From: an uncultured virus (IMG/VR IMGVR_UViG_3300023174_000160)
Lineage: Duplodnaviria > Heunggongvirae > Uroviricota > Caudoviricetes
IMG/VR virus record: IMGVR_UViG_3300023174_000160
DNA length: 64,000 nt
Direction: 5' to 3' (one strand)
The number at the start of each line of letters is the position of its first letter. The first letter of the stretch is position 1. Made by a program: the position numbers and the translations under genes. Positions 44,863-55,898 of the stretch are shown one piece after another. A model generated the notes under the pieces. The model saw only the letters and a program-made list of their open reading frames with translations. It was not told where the DNA came from and did no database searches.

Positions 44863-47703
44863 ATGCGAACGAGAGAAGAGTTTTTGAAGTTTGTTTTGCC
44901 CACACGCGGCAAATATTGTTTGTGGGTTTGCCAAGGTAAAGACGAAAATGTTCGGCAAAATTTATACAACAGCATCGATGAACTGCTAGCCAAAGTAGAT
45001 GGTTGGGTCGAGAGCAAATACAATGTGTTCTTTGGCGTTAATAGCTTTAAGACCACAGAAAACCGCACTCAACAAAACGTAGAGTTTGCTAAATCTTTTT
45101 TCCTAGATATTGATGTAGGAATAGACAAAAAGAACGCATACCCTACGACCGAAGAAGCACTTGAATCCTTAAGGGCATTTGTCAAAAGCACGGGTTTGCC
45201 CAAACCCAACATCATTAAGTCTGGACGCGGCCTACACGCATACTGGGTATTTGACCGGGAAATTCCTAAAGAAGAGTGGCAGCCGTACGCCGACGGGTTT
45301 AAGCAGCTATGCGAAGATAGCGGGCTTATCATTGACCCTGCCGTGCCTGCTGATTCTGCGCGAATCCTACGGGTTCCGTACACCTTCCATGTAAAAGACG
45401 CCGCTAATCCGATAGAGGCTGTCCCGTTACTTGAATCGGAAGCGACTTCGTTTCATTTACTAAAGACTTTAATAAATCCCATACAAAATGATATGTGGGC
45501 TAACAGGCCTTCATACGCAAAGGTAGACGAGACCACTCGTGCCTTGATGGGAAACTTTGAGCATTCGTTTAAGAACATTCTTGTAAAAAGTGTTCAAGGT
45601 AATGGCTGCGCACAACTTGCGTATATCTACGAGAATCAAGACTCATTGCCTGAGCCGCTGTGGCGGGCGGGGCTATCTATTGCTGCGCATTGTTCAGACA
45701 AAGACAAAGCCATCCACGTCATATCGAAGGACCACCCAGAATACTCAGCGGAAGCCACTGAAGCTAAAGCTAACGGCACCAAAGGCCCGTACACATGTGA
45801 CACGTTTAAGAAGCTAAACGCAGCAGGTTGCGCAAATTGTGAGCACCGGGTATCTAGCCCGATTATGTTGGACTCCACTATTGTGAAGTCTGAAGAGACT
45901 ACGATTACGCATGAAGACCCTGATACCGGCGAGACGGTAGAAACACCTATTCCCGAGATTCCGTTTCCATACTTTCGTGGCAGGCACGGCGGCATCTATA
46001 AAACCGTTAAGGCTACGGACGAGGACGAAGAAGCAATCCCACTGCTGGTATGCAGTCGAGACTTTTATGTAGTTCGCCGCATCAAAGACCCAGAGTTTGG
46101 CGAATCGGCTTTGCTGCGTCTTATCAGACCAAAGGACGGGGTGTCTGAATTTCTAGTGCCGCTCAAAGACATTATGTCAAAAGATAAGTTTCGGGACTAT
46201 ATTGGACGCGAAGGCATACCGGCATTGGATAAACAAATATCGGAACTTATGGCATACGTTACGAAGTGCATTGAGCACCTACAAAATACATCCGCTGCAG
46301 CTATTGGTAAGACGCAGATGGGCTGGCAGAACGGACACCGCTCGTTTGTGATTGGGGATAAGGAAGTTTTTGCTGACCGGGTAGACTACAGCCCGCCAAG
46401 CTCCCCAATTATTGCGCACGTGCCTAGGTTCAAAACCGCGGGCAACTTCCATGACTGGAGAGAAATTATCAACTACTACGTGGGAGAAGACTTTGTGCAG
46501 CGCGCCTACGTATTCTTTCATGGGTTTGGTAACGTGTTTATGAAGGACATGCCGAACACTAAGGGCTTTTTGGTTTGCTCTTACGGTGAAGGCTCTGGTA
46601 CGGGTAAGACCACAACATTGGAAGCAATCGCTAGTATTTTTGGCGACCCTACAAAACTTCTTATGTCCCCAAGGTCAACCTCTAACTCAATCATCAACCG
46701 TCTAGGCACGTGGCAAAGTATCCCGGTGCTTATTGATGAAATCACAGAACTGCCCGTTGAAGGTAAGGCCAGCCTTGTATATGCCGCTACGATTGGGCAG
46801 GGTGCCGAGCGTCTTGAAGCCGGTAGAAACGTCGAACGCGAGAATAATGTTACTTGGCAGAACTGCGTTATTACGTCATCCAACAAGGCGCTAGACGAAG
46901 AGATATTGTCTTTCCGCGCCAACCCCGACGGCATCCTTAACCGCATGATGTGTCTGGCTGCGTATGAAGATGTGAACACTGACCCGGCCAAGGCACGGCA
47001 CCATTTCGACCGGCTGTATAAGAATTTCGGCCATGCGTTTGAGCCGTTTCTTCAGTACGTGATTGCCAACAAGCCTGAGTGTGACAAGCTTCTTGAGCAG
47101 GTCCGGTTGCGTCTAGAAGCAGAAGCAGAACTTACTAGCCGTGAGCGGTTCTGGGCAAACGATGCAGCGGCCACCATCACTGGCGGTATCATTTCTAACA
47201 AGCTGAACCTGCACAATATTCCTATCGAGCCGGTGTTTAAATACGCCGTTGAGCAGATTAAGCTCAAGCGCAAAGAAAAGAAGACCTACGCGCTGGATAG
47301 CAATGACGTTCTGTCACAATATCTATACGACAATATCGGCCGTATGGTTATCGCTAACGGCAAGCCGGACAAGCGTGGGTTTGATACTGTCGCTCTTGGT
47401 AGCCCGAGAGGCAGCGACTTGGCTATTCGCATCGAGCCGGATACCGGCCATGCGTTTATTTCGATTACCGACTTCCGCAAGTACTGCACCAAGAAGGGCG
47501 TCAACCTAAGTCAGTCTTTGAAGCCACATGAAGAAACGGGCGCGCTTGTAGAAACTAACCGGCACAAACGTCTAGGCGCTGGCACTCAATGGGTAGTGTT
47601 GCCCGCAATTAGATGCTATGTTTTCGACTGCACCAAGCTCAAAGATTTTGACATGGAGGCGGTTAAGAGTGCTGCGAGTGTTCAATCTACCGATAGCGAT
47701 TGA
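44863..47703 (+). CDS. Primase-helicase (AEP-like primase, DUF927, P-loop)
   Basis: FLDID, SGRGLHAYW, ARILRVP, GSGTGKTT, VLIDE. Confidence 0.9.
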   Translation: MRTREEFLKFVLPTRGKYCLWVCQGKDENVRQNLYNSIDELLAKVDGWVESKYNVFFGVNSFKTTENRTQQNVEFAKSFFLDIDVGIDKKNAYPTTEEALESLRAFVKSTGLPKPNIIKSGRGLHAYWVFDREIPKEEWQPYADGFKQLCEDSGLIIDPAVPADSARILRVPYTFHVKDAANPIEAVPLLESEATSFHLLKTLINPIQNDMWANRPSYAKVDETTRALMGNFEHSFKNILVKSVQGNGCAQLAYIYENQDSLPEPLWRAGLSIAAHCSDKDKAIHVISKDHPEYSAEATEAKANGTKGPYTCDTFKKLNAAGCANCEHRVSSPIMLDSTIVKSEETTITHEDPDTGETVETPIPEIPFPYFRGRHGGIYKTVKATDEDEEAIPLLVCSRDFYVVRRIKDPEFGESALLRLIRPKDGVSEFLVPLKDIMSKDKFRDYIGREGIPALDKQISELMAYVTKCIEHLQNTSAAAIGKTQMGWQNGHRSFVIGDKEVFADRVDYSPPSSPIIAHVPRFKTAGNFHDWREIINYYVGEDFVQRAYVFFHGFGNVFMKDMPNTKGFLVCSYGEGSGTGKTTTLEAIASIFGDPTKLLMSPRSTSNSIINRLGTWQSIPVLIDEITELPVEGKASLVYAATIGQGAERLEAGRNVERENNVTWQNCVITSSNKALDEEILSFRANPDGILNRMMCLAAYEDVNTDPAKARHHFDRLYKNFGHAFEPFLQYVIANKPECDKLLEQVRLRLEAEAELTSRERFWANDAAATITGGIISNKLNLHNIPIEPVFKYAVEQIKLKRKEKKTYALDSNDVLSQYLYDNIGRMVIANGKPDKRGFDTVALGSPRGSDLAIRIEPDTGHAFISITDFRKYCTKKGVNLSQSLKPHEETGALVETNRHKRLGAGTQWVVLPAIRCYVFDCTKLKDFDMEAVKSAASVQSTDSD

Positions 47704-47869
47704 TTGGCGCGACTTCAAAGTAGGCACCAGCCTGTTCATACCGTGCATAGACCGCGGTGCTGTAGAGGCTTGGCTTGAGCAGGAGTGTGCCAGACTTGGA
47801 TACACAGCAACTATAAAACAAGTTATACGCAACCGTATGTACGGCGTCCAAGTCTGGCGTACTGATTAG
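47669..47869 (+). CDS. Small hypothetical protein
   Basis: GGAGG then GTG; W--F-VG-S-FIPC...GVQVWR. Confidence 0.65.
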   Translation: MLRVFNLPIAIDWRDFKVGTSLFIPCIDRGAVEAWLEQECARLGYTATIKQVIRNRMYGVQVWRTD

Positions 47870-50800
47870 TCTTCTTCGTCCGCAGTGCCGTACAAATCGT
47901 CGAGTCGGCGGCGTAGGTTTTTGTTAATGTGAACCCCATCAACCATTTCCCGCTCGCGTTGCTTGTGGCTACGCTCGGACCGGCTGATTGTATCTGAGGT
48001 AATACGTAGAGATTTTTCAGGGTTCTTTTGGCTAAATACTTGGATGCGTTCAGTTATTTCCCGCACCCCTTCTGTATCGCCGTTCTGTTTAGCGACGTGA
48101 AGCAAATCAAGCAGGGCGGTACGCCGTTCCAGTAGGGCTTTTTCTGTAGTCTTTTTAGCGCCCGCGCGTGCATATGCTTCGGCCAAATCCGCCGGGGCAA
48201 AACCCCCAAGCTGCATAAATGCGTTATACAGACTCACATCCTGCACGATAGGCACACCGTCTTTGTTTGTAGCGCCCTCGGCGATATACCGCATACCCTT
48301 CATTACGTTCTTGACGGCGACTGGGGACATGGACTCAAACCCGCGGTAGACGTAGCCATCAGAAATCATTCCAAAAGCTTTCTGCGCGTTAACGGCGGCA
48401 GAGAAACTAGGCCCGGCGGCTTGTTCCAACAAATACGTCAGAGTACCTACCTCGGAACGGCGCTTGGGGTTGTCCCGCCAGAACATACCATTGAAACCAG
48501 TTCGGCTTGCAATATCGATATTCAATAGCTGGTTGATTGGTCCTTTGTACGCCATATCCCCAATCGCTTCAGTAATGATGGCATCAGTATCTACTGGTTC
48601 ATCGTCGTCGCCCATAACCATGCCGGCAAGCAAACTAAGCGCACCATACAGCGGCAAGCCTTGAGCACCGGCAAATGTGAACGCCATTAAATAAATACCA
48701 AACAACTGTCTCTGTGCTATTTCCCGTACTTTTTCATCTGAATCACGGAAGGCTTGGTTAAACAGCTTGCCCATTAGATACAACTGGGATGTAGCAAACC
48801 GTTTGAAAGTAAATACTACGCGCCCTATGTTTCCTTGGAAGTATCTCGGCCCTGTGCTGGATAGTGCACCGCCGTGGGCTTCTGTTACCAAGTTCATAGC
48901 TTCTTGGCGAGCGGCTTCAGGAGACGCGCCTCCTTTACGAGCTAGGTCGTACGCAGCCAGCAGGGTAATTTCTCGGTTAGCTCGTTCTGAGTTCTGGAAC
49001 ATCCATCCCAAAGTAGTTCTAACTTTGGCGCCCATACCGGTGTAGTCGCCGGCTGTATGTTTACGCAGGTCTACAAGTTCATGTGCCGTAGAGCGACGAA
49101 TAATTCCGTATTTAACCGCGTCTTCGTACAGAGCTTTGTGTTCAGCAGATACATTCTTGCCCGTAACAAAAGTCCGGTCGGGTAGGAAAGTACTATTATC
49201 GTCCTTGCCGCCATTCAAATACATACTGGTAGCTTTAGACATTGCGTTAAACGCGTCCGTAAATCCGTATTTGCCGCCCAACAAGCTGTACACAACAATC
49301 GGCAACTGGGTTAAGTTGACAAGCGCAGACGAAGCGTTACCCGCGATATACATGTAGTAACTTGCAGAACTTGCTGCCGAACTTACATCAGACGCCAATT
49401 TATTTGTAGGCGGTGCGGTGACATTTTTAATACGCTCAGCAATATCAAGCACCACATCCCTAGCTTCTATAGACCCATTGGCATTAGCCTCTTGGGTAAT
49501 ATTGTTTACCGATTCGTCAATAGATTTTGCGTGTGTGAGGTTGCCTAGCTGATTAGCCAAACGACTACCAATATTTGCGTAAACCTCCACTGCGTCTTTG
49601 TTTGCACCGGCGATACCTTTGCGGGCACGGGCCATTTGGCGTATAGATTCGGCGGGGAATAGTGACAGATACGCAGAGTAAACTTCGTCCAACACAAGCG
49701 GCGATACTTGTTCGTCTTTCAGGGTCTCCATAATTTTGGATACAAACCCTACCGGCGGCACACCGTTCGTGCGGCTAGTGATGTCCTCAAACCGAGCAAA
49801 TTCTCTAATCTCTTTCATGCCCGTACTACGCGCACGTTGTACTTCTAGCTGGCGCTCTCGCTCACTGGGGAACGCCATAACAACAGGTTCTCCAGCTTTA
49901 TCTTGGTACGACAGCCAGTATTCACCCTGACGAAAAAGGGGCAGATATACCTTGATGCGGCGAAGCTCAAATTGAGTGCGGAGTTTTGCGGCCGTGCCGG
50001 GGGTTACGTCCTTAGTGATTAGCTTTTCAAATTCATCTGCGGATTCATCGTAAGTCTTACGCAAATCCATGTAGGCTTCTTGCACATCTTTAGGCATCGC
50101 GTAGAACTGTTTTACAAGCGGGTTAGCCGCATTAGCCGTGCTCGGCTTGAGTTCATATGTGCGCGTGCGCTGTGCTTGGCCGTTTGAATTAATGGTTTCT
50201 TTGACGGTTACTGTTAGCGGGTCAATCTGGTCCAGCGTGGTGTTCTGGAAAATAGTAAAAAACTTTTCTTTTTGCGCGGCAGTATATTTGCTAAATACCG
50301 CATGCAAGGCCTTGACCTTTTGCCCAACGAGTTCTTGGCGCTTACTAATATCTGTATCACGTACCGTCAGTGCATTATCAAGTGCTTTAATCGACGGAAT
50401 GATGCCGCCGTAAGTTTGGTACATTTGATACAGCGATAGAGCACCCAACCATGCGCGACGAAGAACGCGCGGTAATCCAGACGCAGTATTTAAAACTTCC
50501 CCCGCCAGCTTTTGCGTCATTGGCGGCATGTTGTCTACGTTAGCGTTTGCAATTTTTTCAAATACGTTTTTGTTTTCTTCGCGTTGTTTTGCGGGGCTAA
50601 TTGGTTTAGCTTCTGCTGCTTTGGCTACTTGGTCGTGGGCAGTTTTGTATGCTGTATCCGGCACGTATTTAGCCAAGTCACCTAGTTCTTCAGTAGCGCG
50701 CTTCTTAGCAAGCGGTAAAGCTTGAGCAAATGTCTTAGCCCCGGACTTCACAAGTTCATACATCAAGTTACCGAGCGCAGACATGAATCTGCCAAGCGAT

Positions 50801-53025
50801 GCTTCTTCTTCGGGCATAAGGTTTTGTTTAGCACCGATAGAGTTGGCAAGTTTGCTTAGTTCTTCACCTACTTGATTAAAAGCCTTCTTCAAATCCGAGT
50901 CTTCAAACTCAGCAGCTTCGCGTTCGCCAATATCAAGTGGTTCTTCAAGTACAGGTTTTTTACGGCTAATTTCTTTTTTAGCAATACTATTACGCGCAGC
51001 AATATCATCCGCACGTTCCTGCGTAGACATTCTAGACTTAACTGCTTCCACCCAAAGTTCTTTGTTCTCTTTGCTCAGGTCAGCGTAAGGCACGCCGGTA
51101 TCCTTATCGTCCCAAACTTCTTCAGGAGAATATTGCATAGGCACTAAGGGTTTGGGCGCCGCAATAGTAGTAACAGGTTCTTCAATGGGTTCTTCAACGG
51201 GTTCTTCAATGGGTTCTTCAACGGGTTCTTCAACCGCTGGTTGTTCTTGAGGTGCAACGGGTTCGGGTACTGGGGCGGCTTGTTCTTCCGGCGCAACGGG
51301 TTGTTCTGGCGCGTTAAAATCAAACGCCATTTGTTCTTTTGGAACTTCCGTTGCGGCGGGTTGTACAGGTTCTTGTGCTGGTGCAGCACGTTCTGCTAAC
51401 GACTCAGGTGTAGGTTGCGTCAATGTCAGCGGCACTTGGCCTTCTAAACTTTGAAGCGCAGCAATAGTAGTTTTGGCTAGATTTGGATTAGCAGCAGCCT
51501 TGTCAATTTCAGAGCGGAGTTCCTCCGCGTTAGCAACTAAATCTTTATCCACCAACCGTTTAAAAATACCCGCCCGGGGGCTAAGCCCCATGCCTTTAAG
51601 TCGTTCAGCGGTTAAAACTGTAGGCGCAATTGGTTTTGCTAATTCAGCTTCTTTGAGTTTCTTTTCAAGTACGCGTACGTCAGCTTCAGGTGTCGGCTTA
51701 GGTTGGGTTTTAGGATTAGTTTGCGGAGCAAACAGTTCCATCTGTCCACTAGGTTGTATGGCTTCTTCGACGGGTGCTGGCTTTATGGTGCTAGGAAACT
51801 CAAGCTGCGACGGAAGCTTTGGTAGTTCTCCCGGCTGGAACAAAGGTAGTTGTTCGCCTTGGCCTGTTGCACGGGCAAGTTCTTGTTCGGCTTGGATTTG
51901 AGCTTGGGCTTCTTGTTCTGCGGCTACTCGGGCTTCTTCAGCTTGTTGGGCTTGTTGGATTTGGCGGTCACGACTACGCTCACCCATTCTTTCGCCGACA
52001 GCTTGCACGCCACCAAACGGACCACCAGCAACAGCACCGCGCACAGCGGATTCCATGTACCGACTGAAATGCTCGCTGTCCCAAATGTCTTGATGGTCAT
52101 CTACAAACTTCTCGGCCATTGCCGTGATGACTTCTTGAGCGCCTTCGGTTAGGCCTTCTTTTGCCGCAGTTTGCGGGATAGTTGCCGTTGCTTTGCGCAA
52201 CAGGCTTGGTTTCATGCCGGAACGTTCTAGGATTTTTTCGGCAACTGAAAGCTTCTCAGTCTGCGTCATGGACTTCAACAACTGTCCGGGCAGAACCGCA
52301 TCAAGAGCCGCAACGGCACCGCCAAACAACAACGACGCACCGGGGGCTAGTTGGTTAGTATTTTCGTAGATACTTTGGAATACATCAGGCGTATTAGTAG
52401 CGTAAGACCCAAGGTAAACACCCGCTGCTTGGCCCGTAGCTTGAGCTTTCTGAATGGCCGGTGCGGCTTCACGTACGGCGGCTGCTTCTAATTCTGCGGC
52501 CCGCGCCGCGCTAACCCCACCCGGAAGTACGTCCCGAATAGCTTCACGCTTGGCGATGTTTTCAGCGAGTTGTTCTGCACCCTTTACTGCAGCGCGTTTG
52601 CCTAGGGCACCACCAATACCGCCCGTACCAATAATCCCTAGAATGTCCGTGGCCGATTCGCCAAGGGTTTCAGCACCAAAACGAAGTGCGTCACCAAGAC
52701 CTTCTACTTGTTTATAAGAAGTGAATTGTGCAGGATTAGTGCGCTGAAGTTCGGCTTCTTTTTGCGCGGCTTCTTCTAGTTGCCGTTTAGCGTATTCGTC
52801 TTTACCTAAAGCACTACCAATAAAGGCCGGTATGGTATCCGTAATCATAGACCCCATGCGCGATGCACCGCGCTTCAATCCCTTGATTCCAGACTCAATT
52901 ACGCCGTACTCGGGGCGTTGGTAGTTGGGGATAATGTCAGTTTCAATAGCCCGCAGGATTTGTTCCTGCGACATGGTTTCTGGAAACTCTACAATCCCAA
53001 CTCGCGGGATATCTACTTTTGGCAT
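47866..53025 (-). CDS. Large internal virion/ejection protein, 1719 aa
   Basis: Size, helical Ala/Gly-rich N-half, last gene of the virion operon. Confidence 0.75.
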   Translation of the reverse strand: MPKVDIPRVGIVEFPETMSQEQILRAIETDIIPNYQRPEYGVIESGIKGLKRGASRMGSMITDTIPAFIGSALGKDEYAKRQLEEAAQKEAELQRTNPAQFTSYKQVEGLGDALRFGAETLGESATDILGIIGTGGIGGALGKRAAVKGAEQLAENIAKREAIRDVLPGGVSAARAAELEAAAVREAAPAIQKAQATGQAAGVYLGSYATNTPDVFQSIYENTNQLAPGASLLFGGAVAALDAVLPGQLLKSMTQTEKLSVAEKILERSGMKPSLLRKATATIPQTAAKEGLTEGAQEVITAMAEKFVDDHQDIWDSEHFSRYMESAVRGAVAGGPFGGVQAVGERMGERSRDRQIQQAQQAEEARVAAEQEAQAQIQAEQELARATGQGEQLPLFQPGELPKLPSQLEFPSTIKPAPVEEAIQPSGQMELFAPQTNPKTQPKPTPEADVRVLEKKLKEAELAKPIAPTVLTAERLKGMGLSPRAGIFKRLVDKDLVANAEELRSEIDKAAANPNLAKTTIAALQSLEGQVPLTLTQPTPESLAERAAPAQEPVQPAATEVPKEQMAFDFNAPEQPVAPEEQAAPVPEPVAPQEQPAVEEPVEEPIEEPVEEPIEEPVTTIAAPKPLVPMQYSPEEVWDDKDTGVPYADLSKENKELWVEAVKSRMSTQERADDIAARNSIAKKEISRKKPVLEEPLDIGEREAAEFEDSDLKKAFNQVGEELSKLANSIGAKQNLMPEEEASLGRFMSALGNLMYELVKSGAKTFAQALPLAKKRATEELGDLAKYVPDTAYKTAHDQVAKAAEAKPISPAKQREENKNVFEKIANANVDNMPPMTQKLAGEVLNTASGLPRVLRRAWLGALSLYQMYQTYGGIIPSIKALDNALTVRDTDISKRQELVGQKVKALHAVFSKYTAAQKEKFFTIFQNTTLDQIDPLTVTVKETINSNGQAQRTRTYELKPSTANAANPLVKQFYAMPKDVQEAYMDLRKTYDESADEFEKLITKDVTPGTAAKLRTQFELRRIKVYLPLFRQGEYWLSYQDKAGEPVVMAFPSERERQLEVQRARSTGMKEIREFARFEDITSRTNGVPPVGFVSKIMETLKDEQVSPLVLDEVYSAYLSLFPAESIRQMARARKGIAGANKDAVEVYANIGSRLANQLGNLTHAKSIDESVNNITQEANANGSIEARDVVLDIAERIKNVTAPPTNKLASDVSSAASSASYYMYIAGNASSALVNLTQLPIVVYSLLGGKYGFTDAFNAMSKATSMYLNGGKDDNSTFLPDRTFVTGKNVSAEHKALYEDAVKYGIIRRSTAHELVDLRKHTAGDYTGMGAKVRTTLGWMFQNSERANREITLLAAYDLARKGGASPEAARQEAMNLVTEAHGGALSSTGPRYFQGNIGRVVFTFKRFATSQLYLMGKLFNQAFRDSDEKVREIAQRQLFGIYLMAFTFAGAQGLPLYGALSLLAGMVMGDDDEPVDTDAIITEAIGDMAYKGPINQLLNIDIASRTGFNGMFWRDNPKRRSEVGTLTYLLEQAAGPSFSAAVNAQKAFGMISDGYVYRGFESMSPVAVKNVMKGMRYIAEGATNKDGVPIVQDVSLYNAFMQLGGFAPADLAEAYARAGAKKTTEKALLERRTALLDLLHVAKQNGDTEGVREITERIQVFSQKNPEKSLRITSDTISRSERSHKQREREMVDGVHINKNLRRRLDDLYGTADEED
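51176..51232 (-). repeat. 12-bp tandem repeat encoding EEP(V/I)
   Basis: GGTTCTTCAA(T/C)G about five times. Confidence 0.85.
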
Positions 53026-53039
53026 AGGACTTCCAAAAA

Positions 53040-54836
53040 TTATTCTTCGGTTAGACTATACCGCGAAACACCGTCTTTACCCGGAATGAGGCTACCAGAA
53101 GGAGTATATCCACTACCGCCGCTACCGCCCATAGTAGCAATATAATTTTGTTTGTAGGCTTCTCTAGGAATTAAAGTCTTATTTTTATTAGCGGGGTCTT
53201 GTGCATAGGCGAGGTATGCTTCTTCTGCTAGTTTGTCGAGCTTACCTTTTTCTAGCGGGCTAAGCTGCTGCCCCGCCAAGATTCTTGCAATTGCGGCTTT
53301 AGTTGATGCGTCAGCGCTGATTTGGGCAGCTTGGATATGCGCGTTAATTTGAGCCTGTGCCCGACGGTTTTCCTGCGTCTGTTGGGCGCTAAACTTATTA
53401 GCTTCTGTTACCTGCCCGGCATTGTATTGGTCTGCGCTATTTTTAAGGACTATATTTTGCGCATCGATACTTTGAATTTTATCTCTACGCCCTTGTACAC
53501 GGTCAAATGCTGTTTGATATTCCGCGTTGTCCCCACGTACTCTAGCCTCCAACATATTTTGCTGGTCGCGTTCAAGTGCGTTGCCTTCTTTACGAAGGTC
53601 TTTTTCGTTTTGTTTAATTTCTTTAAGGGCGTCTTTGTAAGAACTAATTCCTTTAAGAGCGCCGACACCTAAGTTTTTCAGTGCGTATGGAGAATCCCCA
53701 GCAGTTATTGACAATCCGGCTTCGAGGGCAGCCATCCATGCAGAAGTTGCTTTATCTTCGGCTAGTTTATTTTTTTCTGCAACAATATCCGAAAATTGTT
53801 GGCCGTAAACATCTTTGATGCCGGCAGCTTCACGTTCTTTTTTCTTATTTTCCATAAACTCGGCTTTATCTTTTCCCGCGAGTTTCTGGGCCTCTGCAAG
53901 TTCTGCTTCTGCCTGAGTTTTTGGGATTTCCGTCGGGGTAAAAGTATTAATTTTATATGGGGCTACTTCGCCACCTAACGACGGCGCGCGCGGGCTAGCC
54001 GGTACTGATGGTGCAGCCTGTGGTTTTTGCTCGGCAGCGGGAAGTCCACTTTGTTTTTGAATTTGCCCAATAGCATTGTTAATATTTGCAAGCTCTTCAG
54101 TCAATGCTTGAGCTTTAGATGCCGGTGCAGATTCGCGCCCGTAATCAATATTTGTTTTATATTCCGGTTTGCCTGACAGCAAATTACGTACGCGGCCTTC
54201 TAGATTGCCAAGTCCGGCAGCTATTCCAGTATATGTATTACGCGCAAACCTGCCCGGCGCACCAAAAGTTTGTGCAAATGCGGCCCTATCTTCTTCAAGC
54301 TGCCCTGCTGGAGTGCCCGATAAACGGGCCAACTCTTTTTCAATTTGCGCGCGGCGCGCCAAATATTGGTTTAAAGCAAAATCATTAGAAGTACCACCAA
54401 CCAAACTACCATTTGTATTACCAGCGTAGCGCGGCACGTGGCCGCCCTCATCAAACGCAACGATACCGCCACCAGCCATATTGTGTTCTTGGAACATGTG
54501 GTCGGGCACATTGAGGTCGGCTAGGCCACCGGCGGCTGCTTGCACTACGGGCTGTTCTTCGCCTTGTGGTGCTTCTTGTGGTGCTTCTTGTGGTGCTTCT
54601 TGAGGTGCTTCTTGTGGTGCTACAGACCCCAGTCCCTGTTCCAAATCTTCTGCTACGGTTGTTTGCGGGGCTTGCGCTTGGCTTTGTTGATACTCTTCCC
54701 GCATGGTCTTACGGCGCTGCAACTCGCCCAGAACTAGATACTGCGGCACCTGACCGTTGGGACTTTGTGCGTATTGGATAAGGGCGTTATCCGGCAATCC
54801 TTTGAGGTCGTCCTGCAGTTTGAGGATGTTAGCCAT
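53040..54836 (-). CDS. Putative ejection protein, 598 aa
   Basis: Helical, MAGGGIVAF motif, position. Confidence 0.7.
   Translation of the reverse strand: MANILKLQDDLKGLPDNALIQYAQSPNGQVPQYLVLGELQRRKTMREEYQQSQAQAPQTTVAEDLEQGLGSVAPQEAPQEAPQEAPQEAPQGEEQPVVQAAAGGLADLNVPDHMFQEHNMAGGGIVAFDEGGHVPRYAGNTNGSLVGGTSNDFALNQYLARRAQIEKELARLSGTPAGQLEEDRAAFAQTFGAPGRFARNTYTGIAAGLGNLEGRVRNLLSGKPEYKTNIDYGRESAPASKAQALTEELANINNAIGQIQKQSGLPAAEQKPQAAPSVPASPRAPSLGGEVAPYKINTFTPTEIPKTQAEAELAEAQKLAGKDKAEFMENKKKEREAAGIKDVYGQQFSDIVAEKNKLAEDKATSAWMAALEAGLSITAGDSPYALKNLGVGALKGISSYKDALKEIKQNEKDLRKEGNALERDQQNMLEARVRGDNAEYQTAFDRVQGRRDKIQSIDAQNIVLKNSADQYNAGQVTEANKFSAQQTQENRRAQAQINAHIQAAQISADASTKAAIARILAGQQLSPLEKGKLDKLAEEAYLAYAQDPANKNKTLIPREAYKQNYIATMGGSGGSGYTPSGSLIPGKDGVSRYSLTEE
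54564..54621 (-). repeat. 12-bp tandem repeat encoding APQE
   Basis: TTGTGGTGCTTC about five times. Confidence 0.85.
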
Positions 54837-54845
54837 GCGTATGCC

Positions 54846-55889
54846 TTACTTAGTCAGATTGTACAAAGACAGACCGGCGAGACCCAAACCACCTAGTTGC
54901 GAACCCAAAGAAGGCGCCGGAGTTTTTGTAGATTGCACGGTCCCATACAGCGGCGCGTTACCCCGAACAAGGTCAGAATAGAACGCAAGCTGTTGCTTGC
55001 CGTAGTCACGCTGGTTAAGAAAGTCTTGGTACTGTTGGTCCCGAATCTTTTGATTCTGGGCTTGGATTTGTTGGGCGGCTACGTTTTGCGCGTTAAGACG
55101 AGCGAGGTTAGCTTCTTGCGACTGCCCAGCCAATTGCCCCAGACCCAACGCCGATTGAAGCGACGTACCAAGACCTGAAGTGCCAACCTGAGCACCCAAA
55201 CCCGCAGCCTGTGCAGCGGCTGCACGGTCACGTTCATATTGTTGTTGGGCGTTCAAGAACCCAGCTTCGCTACCCTTAGCTTGGATATCCGACAGTTGGG
55301 TGCCAAGGTTCCGTTGCAGTTCAGCCTGCATCAGCGCGTTACGCGCGCCACCATAAGTACCCCGACCGACAGACGCCAAATTAGCATCCCTAGCAGCTTG
55401 GGCACCAGACCGTTGTGCTTCGCGCAGTGCAATATCGGTTACGTTTTGTTGGTATGGGTCAGCGTAGTACGCAGCATCACGGGAGCTAAATGTTCCGGGG
55501 TTATATCCGAGAGCGCGCGACAGGCCAGTTTGTGCGGTACCATAACCAAGGGCGCCCGTACCCTGAGCGCCAGCCATAGCTGTATCAAACTGTTTCGGTT
55601 GCTGCAAGCCAAATACTTGTTGCTGAACAGCTTTTTGTTCCGGAGTAAACCCAGCGATACGTTGGCCTTGGTAGGGAACATACGGGGTTTCACGAAGCTG
55701 ACGACCAAGGTCAATACTTTCTTTTACGTACGGTATGAGTTCTTTAGGAATTGATTGTTGGACCGTAGTTGTACTACCACCACCGCCCTTGCCGCCCCCA
55801 CCGCCTTCAGGTTTAATGCGCTTGTCCCCCACATGCTTAAAAGCATTAATGGGTAGGTCGGGGATATCACAAAGAAGTCGGCGGTCCAT
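54846..55889 (-). CDS. DNA pilot/ejection protein (P22 gp7-like organisation)
   Basis: Leader-PE-GGGGGKGG, Q/A-rich, PYQQNV, hydrophobic Gly-rich C-terminus. Confidence 0.65.
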   Translation of the reverse strand: MDRRLLCDIPDLPINAFKHVGDKRIKPEGGGGGKGGGGSTTTVQQSIPKELIPYVKESIDLGRQLRETPYVPYQGQRIAGFTPEQKAVQQQVFGLQQPKQFDTAMAGAQGTGALGYGTAQTGLSRALGYNPGTFSSRDAAYYADPYQQNVTDIALREAQRSGAQAARDANLASVGRGTYGGARNALMQAELQRNLGTQLSDIQAKGSEAGFLNAQQQYERDRAAAAQAAGLGAQVGTSGLGTSLQSALGLGQLAGQSQEANLARLNAQNVAAQQIQAQNQKIRDQQYQDFLNQRDYGKQQLAFYSDLVRGNAPLYGTVQSTKTPAPSLGSQLGGLGLAGLSLYNLTK

Positions 55890-55898
55890 ATTTATTCC

